DNA of 63,944 bases from a virus (Duplodnaviria; Caudoviricetes), in IMG/VR virus record IMGVR_UViG_3300048998_000126, positions 1 to 63,944 of that record; one strand, 5' to 3'. A program made the position numbers and the translations under genes. How positions within the stretch are numbered: the first letter of the stretch is position 1; each line of letters starts with the position of its first letter. This document shows positions 35,601 to 43,654 of this stretch, piece after piece. The notes beneath the pieces are model-generated. The model made no database searches, was not told the DNA's origin, and saw only the letters and a program-made list of their open reading frames with translations.

Positions 35601-38420
35601 GGCGTTCCTGTCGATAGCCGTTGGTGCAACGCCGCGGTTTACTCGAGCGACGTCGCGCAGGAGAGCGTCGACTTCCTTGTTGTCCATGCGAAGGTCGCTG
35701 ATGCCGATCAGCTTGGCCATCCCTGCCTCGATGGCGTTGCGCACTTTGGACAGAATGTCGCCGTTGACCTTCTGCCCGCCGGCCAGCATATCAGCCAGCA
35801 CTTCCTCAGCGGCCACGGAGCGGCTGAGCCCGGTGTCCATCTTCGCCTTGATTTGTGGGCGGAGGGAGGCGTTGGTCCAGAGCCGGTTGGTCACCGACGC
35901 CAGTCGGTCCCCCAGCAGCTTATCGAGGCCGTTGTGACCCTGCTCGTGCGCCAGCGTGATGGCCAGATCGCGAGCGGAGCCGATGTTCTGGCGGATCAAG
36001 TAGACCTTGCCGTCGCTAAACACGCCTCGGGCGTCTTGCGGCGCAGCTTGGCCGGTCAGCGCCTCGAAGTCCGCAACGCTCTCCAGCGGGATAACCTGCG
36101 CGGTGTTCGCGTTGCCGTTCGCGTTGGCGGTACCGACCAAGCCTTGAAAGTCCTGTACGCCGATGGGCGTAGCGACGGCAGGGCCACGCTGAAACTTGCC
36201 GGGATCACCACCATCGACGCGAGCGTAGCGAATATTGAACTCCTCAGCGACATCCGTTTGTTGAGCACTGTTGAGCAGCCTCCAGCTGGGGTGGTTCTTG
36301 ATCGCCATGAACGTCTCGTCCAGCGACTCAGTGGAGTTGGCGTCGGCCATAAGATCAGAGAAAGCGTCGACCGTAGCCTCGTTGATCGTAGCGCTCGGGT
36401 CCATCTTCGTGTGTTTGAGGATGTGAGCGTCGATACCGATGGGCTGCGCTACCAGATCGAGCGGTACCGAGCCGGGCACAGAGCCGTTCTGTTGCAGGGT
36501 CTCGCCCATGGCTTGGTTGAGCACAGCGGCTTGGCGCGTGACCGGGTCGGCGATAGCGGCGGACGGAGTAATAACGCCCTGCTCTACCGCCACATCGCGG
36601 ATGGGGTTAGGGGCGGCGTCCTTGGTAGCCTCGTCGATTTGAGCTTCCAACTTCACAGGCGCGGGTGCTGCGGGGGTTGGCGCAGCGGCTGGGGCTGTGA
36701 GCGGGGACGCAACGGGCGCCAACGGGTTAGCTGTCTGCTCGACTGGTGCGTACTTCTCGGCAAGCTTCGCAGCGAACAGCGGCGCCGAGGCCGGGTCGCC
36801 CAACTGCGGGGCAATAGTAGCCAGCAGCTGGCTGGCGCCAGGATCACTTGGGCTCACGCCTTCAGTAAGACGGGTAAAGTCATCCCACGCTTTACCGCGC
36901 AGGCTCTGCGGCTTAACGCCCAGATCACGTGCCAGAAACGACTTCCACCCGGTACCGGGCTCGACGAAGTCCAAGCGGCCTTGGTTGTCCGCAGCCACCG
37001 CGGGGGACGCCGACGGTGCGTCGACTTGCTCGGCAGGCACAGCCCCGGCGGCCGGTAACGGCGCGCCGAAGAGATCGGTGTTGCTACCCAGCGTTCCGAT
37101 ATCCGGCGGGAGCGGAGTCGACGACAGATCGATGCTGTCTTCGGGCAGCGGGGTTTGCCCCAGATCAATGGTGTCTTCCGGTAGCGGTACGGAATCCAAG
37201 TGGATAGTCTCGGGATCGCCCTGCCCCGGCAGCGGAGTGTCCGCCAAGTTGACCGTCTCGTCTGGCGTCGGTACGGCGTCGACATCGATGTTCTCGACCG
37301 GCAATAGCGCGTCACCCTGATCCGACAGCGGGCTGGCCTTGAGCGGGTCCCCAGCCTGCTGGTTGCTGCGCCCGAGCATGTTGGTGACCATGTCCCGCAG
37401 TGGCGTAGCGCTGCGCACAGGCGGCAGGTCACGCGGGTTCACTGCCCCAGCGCCGCCACCCAGCACGCCGCCCAACAGGCTGCCGACCAAACCACCCACA
37501 GCCGCTTGTTGTGCGACGCCTTCGAATAAGGGTGTGTTTGGAGTCACAGCGTTCTGCGAAAGCTGCTGCGTACCGCTTTGGAAATACTCCTCGGCGCCCT
37601 CCTTGGCCGCGCCGCCAAGCGCGCCGCGAACGATGCCCGTACCGGGTACCGCTGAGCCAGCCCCGCCGGGTAGTGCGTTGAACACACCCCCCTGAAACTT
37701 GGCTGCGCCTGTCAGCTTACCGATGGCTCCGGCCGCTACGCCAGAGAGGATACCCGCGCCTACGCCGCCCGCTGCCTGCTCGAGGGTACTGCCACCAGCG
37801 TCGCGGATAGCGTTGGTCGCGTCGACGTTGGTGCTACCACCTGTCTGGAGCGCTGTCGTAGCAAGTACGGCGCGTTCCGCCGCGTGAGAGGAAGCCGCTG
37901 CTGTCTCCGCCGCAGTCAGGCCGCGAGCAACTGCGTTCGCCTCGCCGATAGCCCCCGCAGCGCGAGCAAAGCCTGCGGCCGGCAGCAGGGACGGAAGGTT
38001 CGTTGCCAGCGCGTCGCCCAGCAGACTAGGGTTGCTCAGGTACGTGCCGAGGCCGGCGCCAATACCTTCGTTGGCGAACGCGTCCTGCGCTTCCTGCTGC
38101 TTCGCTTGGAGCGCGGGGGACTTGGCTTGGTTGAGGATCTGGTTCGTCTGCTGGAAGTTCTCAGAGAAACCAGTCACCGCGTCCAACCCGCCGAGCGTAG
38201 CTGCGTTGGCGAGACCGTAGACAGACTGACCCAGACCTACAGCACCCTGAAGGACACCGAGGCCTGTGTCTGCTGCGACGTCGCCCAGCGAGCGCGAGGG
38301 CACCGCTACAGGAGCCGCCGGGAGCGGTGCTACCACTTGAGCGGCCTTGGCCGCCTGTGCGATCCGCTGAAGCTCCAGTGCGCGATTGATTACGTCTTGC
38401 GAGAGAGCTTCGCCCGGCAT
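32676..38420 (-). CDS. Very large internal virion (DNA ejection) protein
   Basis: 1914 aa; Gly/Ala-rich hydrophobic N-terminus, HEQGHNG motif, helical C-terminus; position after head genes as in podoviruses. Confidence 0.75.
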   Translation of the reverse strand: MPGEALSQDVINRALELQRIAQAAKAAQVVAPLPAAPVAVPSRSLGDVAADTGLGVLQGAVGLGQSVYGLANAATLGGLDAVTGFSENFQQTNQILNQAKSPALQAKQQEAQDAFANEGIGAGLGTYLSNPSLLGDALATNLPSLLPAAGFARAAGAIGEANAVARGLTAAETAAASSHAAERAVLATTALQTGGSTNVDATNAIRDAGGSTLEQAAGGVGAGILSGVAAGAIGKLTGAAKFQGGVFNALPGGAGSAVPGTGIVRGALGGAAKEGAEEYFQSGTQQLSQNAVTPNTPLFEGVAQQAAVGGLVGSLLGGVLGGGAGAVNPRDLPPVRSATPLRDMVTNMLGRSNQQAGDPLKASPLSDQGDALLPVENIDVDAVPTPDETVNLADTPLPGQGDPETIHLDSVPLPEDTIDLGQTPLPEDSIDLSSTPLPPDIGTLGSNTDLFGAPLPAAGAVPAEQVDAPSASPAVAADNQGRLDFVEPGTGWKSFLARDLGVKPQSLRGKAWDDFTRLTEGVSPSDPGASQLLATIAPQLGDPASAPLFAAKLAEKYAPVEQTANPLAPVASPLTAPAAAPTPAAPAPVKLEAQIDEATKDAAPNPIRDVAVEQGVITPSAAIADPVTRQAAVLNQAMGETLQQNGSVPGSVPLDLVAQPIGIDAHILKHTKMDPSATINEATVDAFSDLMADANSTESLDETFMAIKNHPSWRLLNSAQQTDVAEEFNIRYARVDGGDPGKFQRGPAVATPIGVQDFQGLVGTANANGNANTAQVIPLESVADFEALTGQAAPQDARGVFSDGKVYLIRQNIGSARDLAITLAHEQGHNGLDKLLGDRLASVTNRLWTNASLRPQIKAKMDTGLSRSVAAEEVLADMLAGGQKVNGDILSKVRNAIEAGMAKLIGISDLRMDNKEVDALLRDVARVNRGVAPTAIDRNAPHLQGLVNMLADPQQGMTGDARFSRVLGDLDRIISDAESDGPGAKRSMNDVAKDAGTASLTYLKDVGNQFKTGGAFGSLLSAVPLNQIESLYHKILPGLTSFVKLKDQKEATTNRLLTQPETLRYRDETTDLKISSVDLTKEWEKFKRTSPAKAEALDNLNQYATLYRLHPEESFEQQSKINYDETSFTEAERKEAHEQVRKLYRAAGEEGQAIFKKAQASYSYTWNRRFTELQKMLARTTGHAVGSPEFARAFGNNINSALGKIKNGAYSPLQRYGDYLVSVRGADGSLLSFEGFDTKALADARAKQLAADPQNAGNAVNQTLRTSHDWQRDGINPQTIAQLESVADGILPGDDRTNLRKEVREALVEAYLTNLPQQAFLTSANKRKGIAGFTTDTLRAYSDYSMKAARSIASLEFDDQIASKMQEMQVSVTDQARTAGATDTTKAQRVLEAVKAQHQASQDFTRSPTADLLTQGGFVFFMTSPSQFFVNSMQTAMVTLPRLAGTYGSGQALRGIKSAMGALVKSKGDMLGKGSSLDPNSNEYKIMEEMRVRGDLNATYAHDVAGLARGEAGAMSGHWRTAMEITGYAMHKSEQINRQIVSLATARLELDKRAAAGKSGPLSATELASIADTTKRAIDTTQFNYAQYNKPTIMQGPWRKAIFQFQQYRLNMLAMISKDIRDGFVAKDATPEEKKTARRALAWQLGTQLALTGAAGTVLAPLVFGIMDMFRDDDDLLDSRTEFLRAYPQWLTHGLLSGAVDLERVGSDGLIPILGDRKYAPTNGKPADTFNYYVMQNIGPWAGLLGGAYSGATKFMEGDMVGATKGLLPAPIRDFYKATYEAATGAKDSRQIVYYEPGVWDTVLGAAGLRSGDRKEAEELRGAGYQANATAQTLRQRYLGQLAVGHALGDQDLADKSREAIQEFNTRYPDLAIRGSDIKRAVVNRIRSQSNADQFGVASGRAPSQSILEAIGKW

Positions 38421-38431
38421 ACCTGATTATC

Positions 38432-39841
38432 CTACTTTGTCTGAGATTTCCGCAGTTGGTCTTGCAGCTGTTGTAAGCGGATGGCTTCCGCGAGTCCAGC
38501 TGATTGCTGGGTGAAGGGTAACCCAGTCAGCGCGTCTACACCGAAAGGATTTTTAGGCGCCGCCGGTTCCTGCCCATCCTTGAGGTCGGCCACGTAAGCA
38601 GCCAAGTCGCCGGTTGAGTCGAAACGAGCCCGCGCCGCCGCCTGACGCTCGCCCAACGACTGCGCTTGCGCGCGGGCCAGCAGGGCAGCCGGGCCCCCGA
38701 GAGTGGCCGCTGTCTTCGCGTTGGTAGCGTCAGCTTTGATCTGCGCCCCCTGCAACCCGTACTGGCCAGTCAGGTTAGCCACCTGAGTAGCTTTCTGAAT
38801 TTCGGCAGCGTTGGCGCTTAGCTGGCGCTGGGCAGCAGCGGTGTTATTGAGCCCGGCGAGTCCCAACTGTGCGGCGTTCGAAGCCTGAGCCTTGGCGGTG
38901 TCGTTACGCTGCGCCGACTGGCCCGCGATTTGACCTTGCAACATTCGTTGCTCGGCAAGCGCCTGTCGGTACCGCACCGGATCACTGCGCGCGTCGTCGA
39001 GCCGCGACTGCCCTTGCTGAAGGGCCAGCGCATCGTAGGCGCTTTGACGCTGAGCGACGAACTGCTGGTCTTCAACTTTCTTCTGCGCCAGGTACTGCGA
39101 AGCGCTGAGCTGGTTACCCCCCGCGTCTGTACCAAAGCCACCGCCGGTAAAACCGGTGCGATCAGGAAGCCCCTGCACGTTTACCGGGGTAACTTCAGTC
39201 GGCACCGGAGCCACTGCCGCCGGCACTGCCGGTTGAACGGCCGCGACGGGCTGAACCACAGGAGCAGGCTGCTGAACTGGTACCGGCGCAACCGGCTGCA
39301 CCGCTACTGGTTGGTCGGCGATAGCAGCAGGCGCCTGTGCCTGCTGAACGCCCAGCGCTCCGCGCAAGCCCGACTGAAGGCTGTCGCGGATAGTCCCGGC
39401 TGCGCCAGTAACATTGTCCAGCCCTTGGCTAAGCGTGTTGAACGCCGCGTCGGACAAACGATTCTGTCCGCCGGGCAGAGTGTTCGGGTCGCCGCCAGCC
39501 AGAGAGGTGAGGCCGCGCCGCGCCGCGTCGAAGCCGAGCGCTGGGATAGCCGCTACGCCGCCGACGGCCGTCTGGATAACTCCGCCGAGCCCTTGCGGAA
39601 TAGCCCCTTGCAGGGCCTGTTGTTCCGGGGTGCCGGGGTCCAATGGGAGCTGGGTCTGCGCGCTGGCGGGTACTCCAGGAATCAGCGTCTGTGTAGCCGC
39701 GGGCAAGCCTGCGTTGGGGTCGCGTAGCGCAACGACTCCACGCGGGCCTACCACTGGTTGGCTCAGCTGCGCCTGCATGGCGGCCGCTCGTGCGCCGTCG
39801 TCGATGTACCGGCCTGTCTTCGGGTCGTACACAAGGGCCAT
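38432..39841 (-). CDS. Putative internal virion protein
   Basis: 469 aa, Ala/Gln-rich, directly upstream of the large ejection protein. Confidence 0.7.
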   Translation of the reverse strand: MALVYDPKTGRYIDDGARAAAMQAQLSQPVVGPRGVVALRDPNAGLPAATQTLIPGVPASAQTQLPLDPGTPEQQALQGAIPQGLGGVIQTAVGGVAAIPALGFDAARRGLTSLAGGDPNTLPGGQNRLSDAAFNTLSQGLDNVTGAAGTIRDSLQSGLRGALGVQQAQAPAAIADQPVAVQPVAPVPVQQPAPVVQPVAAVQPAVPAAVAPVPTEVTPVNVQGLPDRTGFTGGGFGTDAGGNQLSASQYLAQKKVEDQQFVAQRQSAYDALALQQGQSRLDDARSDPVRYRQALAEQRMLQGQIAGQSAQRNDTAKAQASNAAQLGLAGLNNTAAAQRQLSANAAEIQKATQVANLTGQYGLQGAQIKADATNAKTAATLGGPAALLARAQAQSLGERQAAARARFDSTGDLAAYVADLKDGQEPAAPKNPFGVDALTGLPFTQQSAGLAEAIRLQQLQDQLRKSQTK

Positions 39842-40584
39842 TAGCAGTTGCTCCAGTTGTTGTGCAGATCGAACTGTACGTCGTCGGTCTGCATCTTTTT
39901 CATCTCGCGCGAGACTTCGATCATCGCGTCCTCGAACCGCTTCTTGTGCGTGCTAGCCTTTGGCAAGTTCTCGGTATCCACGTCGTGGTTACGCAGACAA
40001 CGCCACGCAGCCCAGTCCAGCAGGTCCATGTGGTGGTCTTCGGGCAACTCGGGGGAAGCGTCAAGGTCTGACAGCACCAACGGTTTCAAAGGTCGGCGAG
40101 CCACCCGAAGGTGCAGCACCTGCCCCGCTGCTTTAATCCCCGGGCGCGGGTAGACGCCGATCTTCTGGGTCTCGCGGTCGGTGTAGAAAAGAGTAGGGTA
40201 ATTGTCTGGCTGCTCCTGCCAACGAACGAGGTCGTTATCGCAGAACATCGAACTGATCGCTTGGTCGCCTGACCTGCTGAACAGAGCCCCGTAGGTACCG
40301 CGGCGCAGGCGGCGGACGCCATTGCGGACGCCGAACACGTCGATAACGCGAGGGTCGAGGTCGTAACTCTCTTGTCCGGCGACGAGCACGATATTGCAGA
40401 TCTCGGGGGTGGACTCGTCGCGCAGGAACTTGGTACCGATACAGAACCGATTCTGCGCGTCGTTGATATAGCGGACCAAGGTAGCCTGCGACCACATCGA
40501 AACGTGGTCGCCGGGGGAAATCTGGTCGGACTCGTCACGCAGCATGTTCTCGCGCAGTTCTTCCAGCATTTCCTTGAGTTTCAT
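39841..40584 (-). CDS. Head-tail adaptor / tail tubular A-like protein
   Basis: WS...LVRYINDAQ, LVAGQESY.L and PELPEDHH..L.DWAA motifs. Confidence 0.75.
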   Translation of the reverse strand: MKLKEMLEELRENMLRDESDQISPGDHVSMWSQATLVRYINDAQNRFCIGTKFLRDESTPEICNIVLVAGQESYDLDPRVIDVFGVRNGVRRLRRGTYGALFSRSGDQAISSMFCDNDLVRWQEQPDNYPTLFYTDRETQKIGVYPRPGIKAAGQVLHLRVARRPLKPLVLSDLDASPELPEDHHMDLLDWAAWRCLRNHDVDTENLPKASTHKKRFEDAMIEVSREMKKMQTDDVQFDLHNNWSNC

Positions 40585-40587
40585 GGC

Positions 40588-40971
40588 TTAGTCCGGGTGC
40601 AGGGTGTACGGCAGACGCGGGGCTTGGCGTACGCCAACGACCTGCATGTTTTCATCGACGTCAGGCAGACCATGGATCGCATGGTTCAGCACTTCGAGCA
40701 CCGTCTTCGGCACATTGTATACTACGCCGGGCTTCATGAAATACTGCTTGCCGTTGACGCCAATCATCTGGCCGTTCGGTGGGATCTCCTTGCTGTCATG
40801 AAGGACCACCTTGTACAGCTTCTCGTTGGCCTCGCGAGGGATGTCTTCGACGCTCGCTTCGCTCTTAGGCTTGGCGCGGGAGGCGCGGGCCCGTTTCGCG
40901 GGCTGCTCGAACCCTTGCGTAGGCAGACTCATGGAAGCTTCGAGGCTGCCCTTGTTCTCTGGATTAGACAT
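40588..40971 (-). CDS. Conserved hypothetical protein downstream of the capsid gene
   Basis: GVNGKQY...G....VP..V.EVL..A pattern. Confidence 0.7.
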   Translation of the reverse strand: MSNPENKGSLEASMSLPTQGFEQPAKRARASRAKPKSEASVEDIPREANEKLYKVVLHDSKEIPPNGQMIGVNGKQYFMKPGVVYNVPKTVLEVLNHAIHGLPDVDENMQVVGVRQAPRLPYTLHPD

Positions 40972-41225
40972 CAGTTTGTTCCTTTAGCGAACGCTTCGTT
41001 GAGGGCTGTTTTGTAAACGGCGGCCTTGTCCATCTCCTCGTCTTGCGTCTTGAACAACGGCAGGACGGTCTTCAGGTCAGCGGCCAGCGCTTCCACAGTG
41101 GAGTAAACGCGGCTTCGACTCGGGTCTTGCCATGGACCATCGCCGCGATTGAGGGCGCGAACTTCTGGGTCGTCGTACTCGAGCACGAAACCATTGTCTG
41201 CGACGTCGATTCTGATACAGGTCAT
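40971..41225 (-). CDS. Hypothetical protein
   Basis: 84-aa ORF coupled to the next gene. Confidence 0.7.
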   Translation of the reverse strand: MTCIRIDVADNGFVLEYDDPEVRALNRGDGPWQDPSRSRVYSTVEALAADLKTVLPLFKTQDEEMDKAAVYKTALNEAFAKGTN

Positions 41226-41257
41226 GGAAGGTTCCCGGACGGCTGTTTTGCGCTGAT

Positions 41258-41282
41258 AGAAAACAACCCCCGAAGGGGTTGT
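41258..41282 (-). terminator. Intrinsic terminator after the major capsid gene
   Basis: Minus strand reads ACAACCCC-TTCG-GGGGTTGT-TTT. Confidence 0.85.
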
Positions 41283-41302
41283 CTGCTTTTCCTGCTTACA
41301 GC

Positions 41303-42364
41303 TTACGCATTACCTGCGCTTGCCGCCACTTCCAGACGCACGAGGAAGGCGTCTTGCAGAATCACGGTGGCGTTCCAGAGCTTCCAACCGGCGGTGCCGC
41401 GCTGAGCCAGTGGATCGGACTCGGTGGCCTTCGGCTGAACGACCATGATGTTCGCCACGTTCTTGCCGCGCAGGGCAACCACACCGAAAGCGTCACGTGC
41501 CAGGTAGATCACCGGGTAGACATCAGCGTTGGTGCCGGTGGTCGAGATCATTTCGGCAGCGCCGGTGCCTTTAGCGCCGCCTGCGTCCGGGAACGACTCG
41601 AACACGGTCGAGCGAATGTAGCGCACGTCTTCGACCGAACCGATCTCGCCTTCGAACGCGGAGCCCTGTGCGTAGTGCTTGATGTTGATGAAGCCATCCA
41701 TGTCGCGGATGTCGTTCTCAACGTCAGGGTGGCACAGCGCGACGAACGCCGCCTCGATTGGCTGGGTGTTGTACGCCACGGACGACTTCAGGGAAGTCGA
41801 GATCATCTTGGCGTTCTGACGCTTCAGCGAACGAGTGATGTTGCGTTGCAGGCGCAGGGTGATCGGAGTGTTGACCGCAGCACGAGTCGCGCCGTTGGCG
41901 TAGAACACGTTGGTGCCCGCCTTCAGAACGTTGTAGCGCAGGGTTTCCACGGTGTGCGCAGCGGACTCGCCCAACGCGTTCATCAGCTCGCGCAGGACCG
42001 CTGGGTAGTCTTCGTGGGTGTCTTCGATGACGTCCGAGAAGCCGATCCAGTCGCCGTACTGTTGCATCTGTACGGTGTAGTCCTTGCTCGCCAGCTTCTT
42101 GCCGACCGGAGTCACGCCCTCGGTCAGCGGAGTCAGCGCCAGTGGCATGCTGTAGTTGCCAGCGTTGCCACTGTAAGAGCCGGTACCGCCCGCGATGAAG
42201 TAGCGGCGGAACTTGGCCGTCTGGGTGTTGTTTGGCGGCACCACGAAGACCTGAGCGAATTTCTCAATGGTCATCAGCGGGATAGCGCGTTCCAGGAAGC
42301 CCACGACAGAATAGGCATTCTGGCGTGGAGTGATGTCACCGTACGTGGTGCCAGTATAAGCCAT
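41303..42364 (-). CDS. Major capsid protein, N4-gp56 family
   Basis: YGDI, LTEGVTP, QYG, CHPD, GEIGSVEDVR and DPLAQRGTAGWK motifs; AAGGAG SD. Confidence 0.92.
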   Translation of the reverse strand: MAYTGTTYGDITPRQNAYSVVGFLERAIPLMTIEKFAQVFVVPPNNTQTAKFRRYFIAGGTGSYSGNAGNYSMPLALTPLTEGVTPVGKKLASKDYTVQMQQYGDWIGFSDVIEDTHEDYPAVLRELMNALGESAAHTVETLRYNVLKAGTNVFYANGATRAAVNTPITLRLQRNITRSLKRQNAKMISTSLKSSVAYNTQPIEAAFVALCHPDVENDIRDMDGFINIKHYAQGSAFEGEIGSVEDVRYIRSTVFESFPDAGGAKGTGAAEMISTTGTNADVYPVIYLARDAFGVVALRGKNVANIMVVQPKATESDPLAQRGTAGWKLWNATVILQDAFLVRLEVAASAGNA

Positions 42365-42390
42365 GGTGTTGCTCCTTCGGTATCAGTCGG

Positions 42391-43392
42391 TCAAGAGGTG
42401 TGCGCAGCAGCTTCGTTAAACGCAGCGTCGAAGTCGTTCGGGTCGGTACCCTTGGACTGGTTGGTGCGTTGCGACGCCGGTACTGCCGCTGTAGCCGCGA
42501 CAGCCGCCGGAGCGACAGCGGCCTTTGGTTTAGCGGATTGTGCCGGAGTCTGTTGCGCAGCTGCCGGGGCTGGTGTCGCTGGCGCTGCACCCGGGTTGGC
42601 CGACGCTTTGTACATATTCAACATCTCAACCACCTCTCCAGCGCTACCATTCTGGTAGATGCTCTGGAACTGCGGCCGCAGGATAGTGGGTTGAGACTGA
42701 ATCCACGCAGGTACCTTATCCAGAATCGAATCCAGATCAGGGTGGGCTGCGCGGATCGCGCCCATGTGAGTGTTCACCTCCGCTTTCTGGGTGGACTCCT
42801 GAAGCGGCGCCAGAACACTGTCGAGCTGCGTAACCAACTGATGGTTGGAGTTGGCTACTATCGCCTGCGCTTCGGCCTTGATAAGGGCCTGAAGGGCTGG
42901 GAATTCATCTGGCCACTCGTTCTTGAACTTGGCCAGGCCGGCCTTATCGGCGTCGTTCAGAAACGCCTCGGCAGTGACCGGTACATACTCTTGCTTGGCC
43001 GGTGTCGGAGCTGGTTCCGCTGGCTTGCTGCGGCGGTTAGCTTCGGCGATGGCTTGGGCAAGAAACTCTGGATCGATCTGCGGTACGGGAGCGGGGGCCG
43101 GAGCAGGGGCTGGAGCAGCTACCGCGGGCTGCTGACCGGCCGCGGCCTTCGCTTCGATGTCTGCGGCTACCTGTTCGGTAGACGGCTCCGCCGGAGCGGC
43201 GACGTCAGCGGCCGCTGGCTCTGCTTGCGGCGCATCAGGAACTGGAGCAACCTCGGGTTCTTTATTCCCGGCGTCGGGGGTACTCGCTGCCTCAGCCGCT
43301 GGAGCTGGCAGTCCGCTTGACGCTTGTTCGAACGCTTCGTCAAACCCATCAGCGGCCGGCGTATCGTTCGTATCAACATTGGCATTCGACAT
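42391..43392 (-). CDS. Putative capsid scaffolding protein
   Basis: Acidic Ala/Pro-rich ORF directly upstream of the MCP; HPD motif and DFDAAF terminus. Confidence 0.75.
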   Translation of the reverse strand: MSNANVDTNDTPAADGFDEAFEQASSGLPAPAAEAASTPDAGNKEPEVAPVPDAPQAEPAAADVAAPAEPSTEQVAADIEAKAAAGQQPAVAAPAPAPAPAPVPQIDPEFLAQAIAEANRRSKPAEPAPTPAKQEYVPVTAEAFLNDADKAGLAKFKNEWPDEFPALQALIKAEAQAIVANSNHQLVTQLDSVLAPLQESTQKAEVNTHMGAIRAAHPDLDSILDKVPAWIQSQPTILRPQFQSIYQNGSAGEVVEMLNMYKASANPGAAPATPAPAAAQQTPAQSAKPKAAVAPAAVAATAAVPASQRTNQSKGTDPNDFDAAFNEAAAHTS

Positions 43393-43423
43393 GGTGGCTA
43401 TTTACTCCAGAATCGGTTGGGTG

Positions 43424-43654
43424 TCAATTGTCCTGTGACTCTACACGAGCGGACAGGTCCTTCATCATACCGCGAACCTGCGCCACTTGCCCCTGTAACC
43501 GGTACATTTCCACTGGCTCACGCTCGGTACCAAGTTTACCCAGCAGCGCCAATTCTTGCGATTCCAGATACTGGCGCAGGCCCAGTAGCAGCGGGTGGCC
43601 GATTGACGTCTGCGCGACTTTGACCAGCTCTTGCCGTGATTGACTGAAGTTCAT
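43424..43654 (-). CDS. Small protein between portal and scaffold
   Basis: MYRLQGQ motif; overlaps the portal 3' end in another frame. Confidence 0.65.
   Translation of the reverse strand: MNFSQSRQELVKVAQTSIGHPLLLGLRQYLESQELALLGKLGTEREPVEMYRLQGQVAQVRGMMKDLSARVESQDN

Noticed and set aside
32676-38420. N4-type virion RNA polymerase or tape measure protein
   Set aside because: No T7-like RNAP catalytic motifs were recognised, it is much shorter than N4 vRNAP, and no tail tube or chaperone genes of long-tailed phages are adjacent.
43399-43427. Internal sigma70 promoter for scaffold/capsid (TTGACA-17-TAAATA on the minus strand)
   Set aside because: The -10 is weak and would place +1 at the start codon while overlapping a plausible SD; not confident enough to call.
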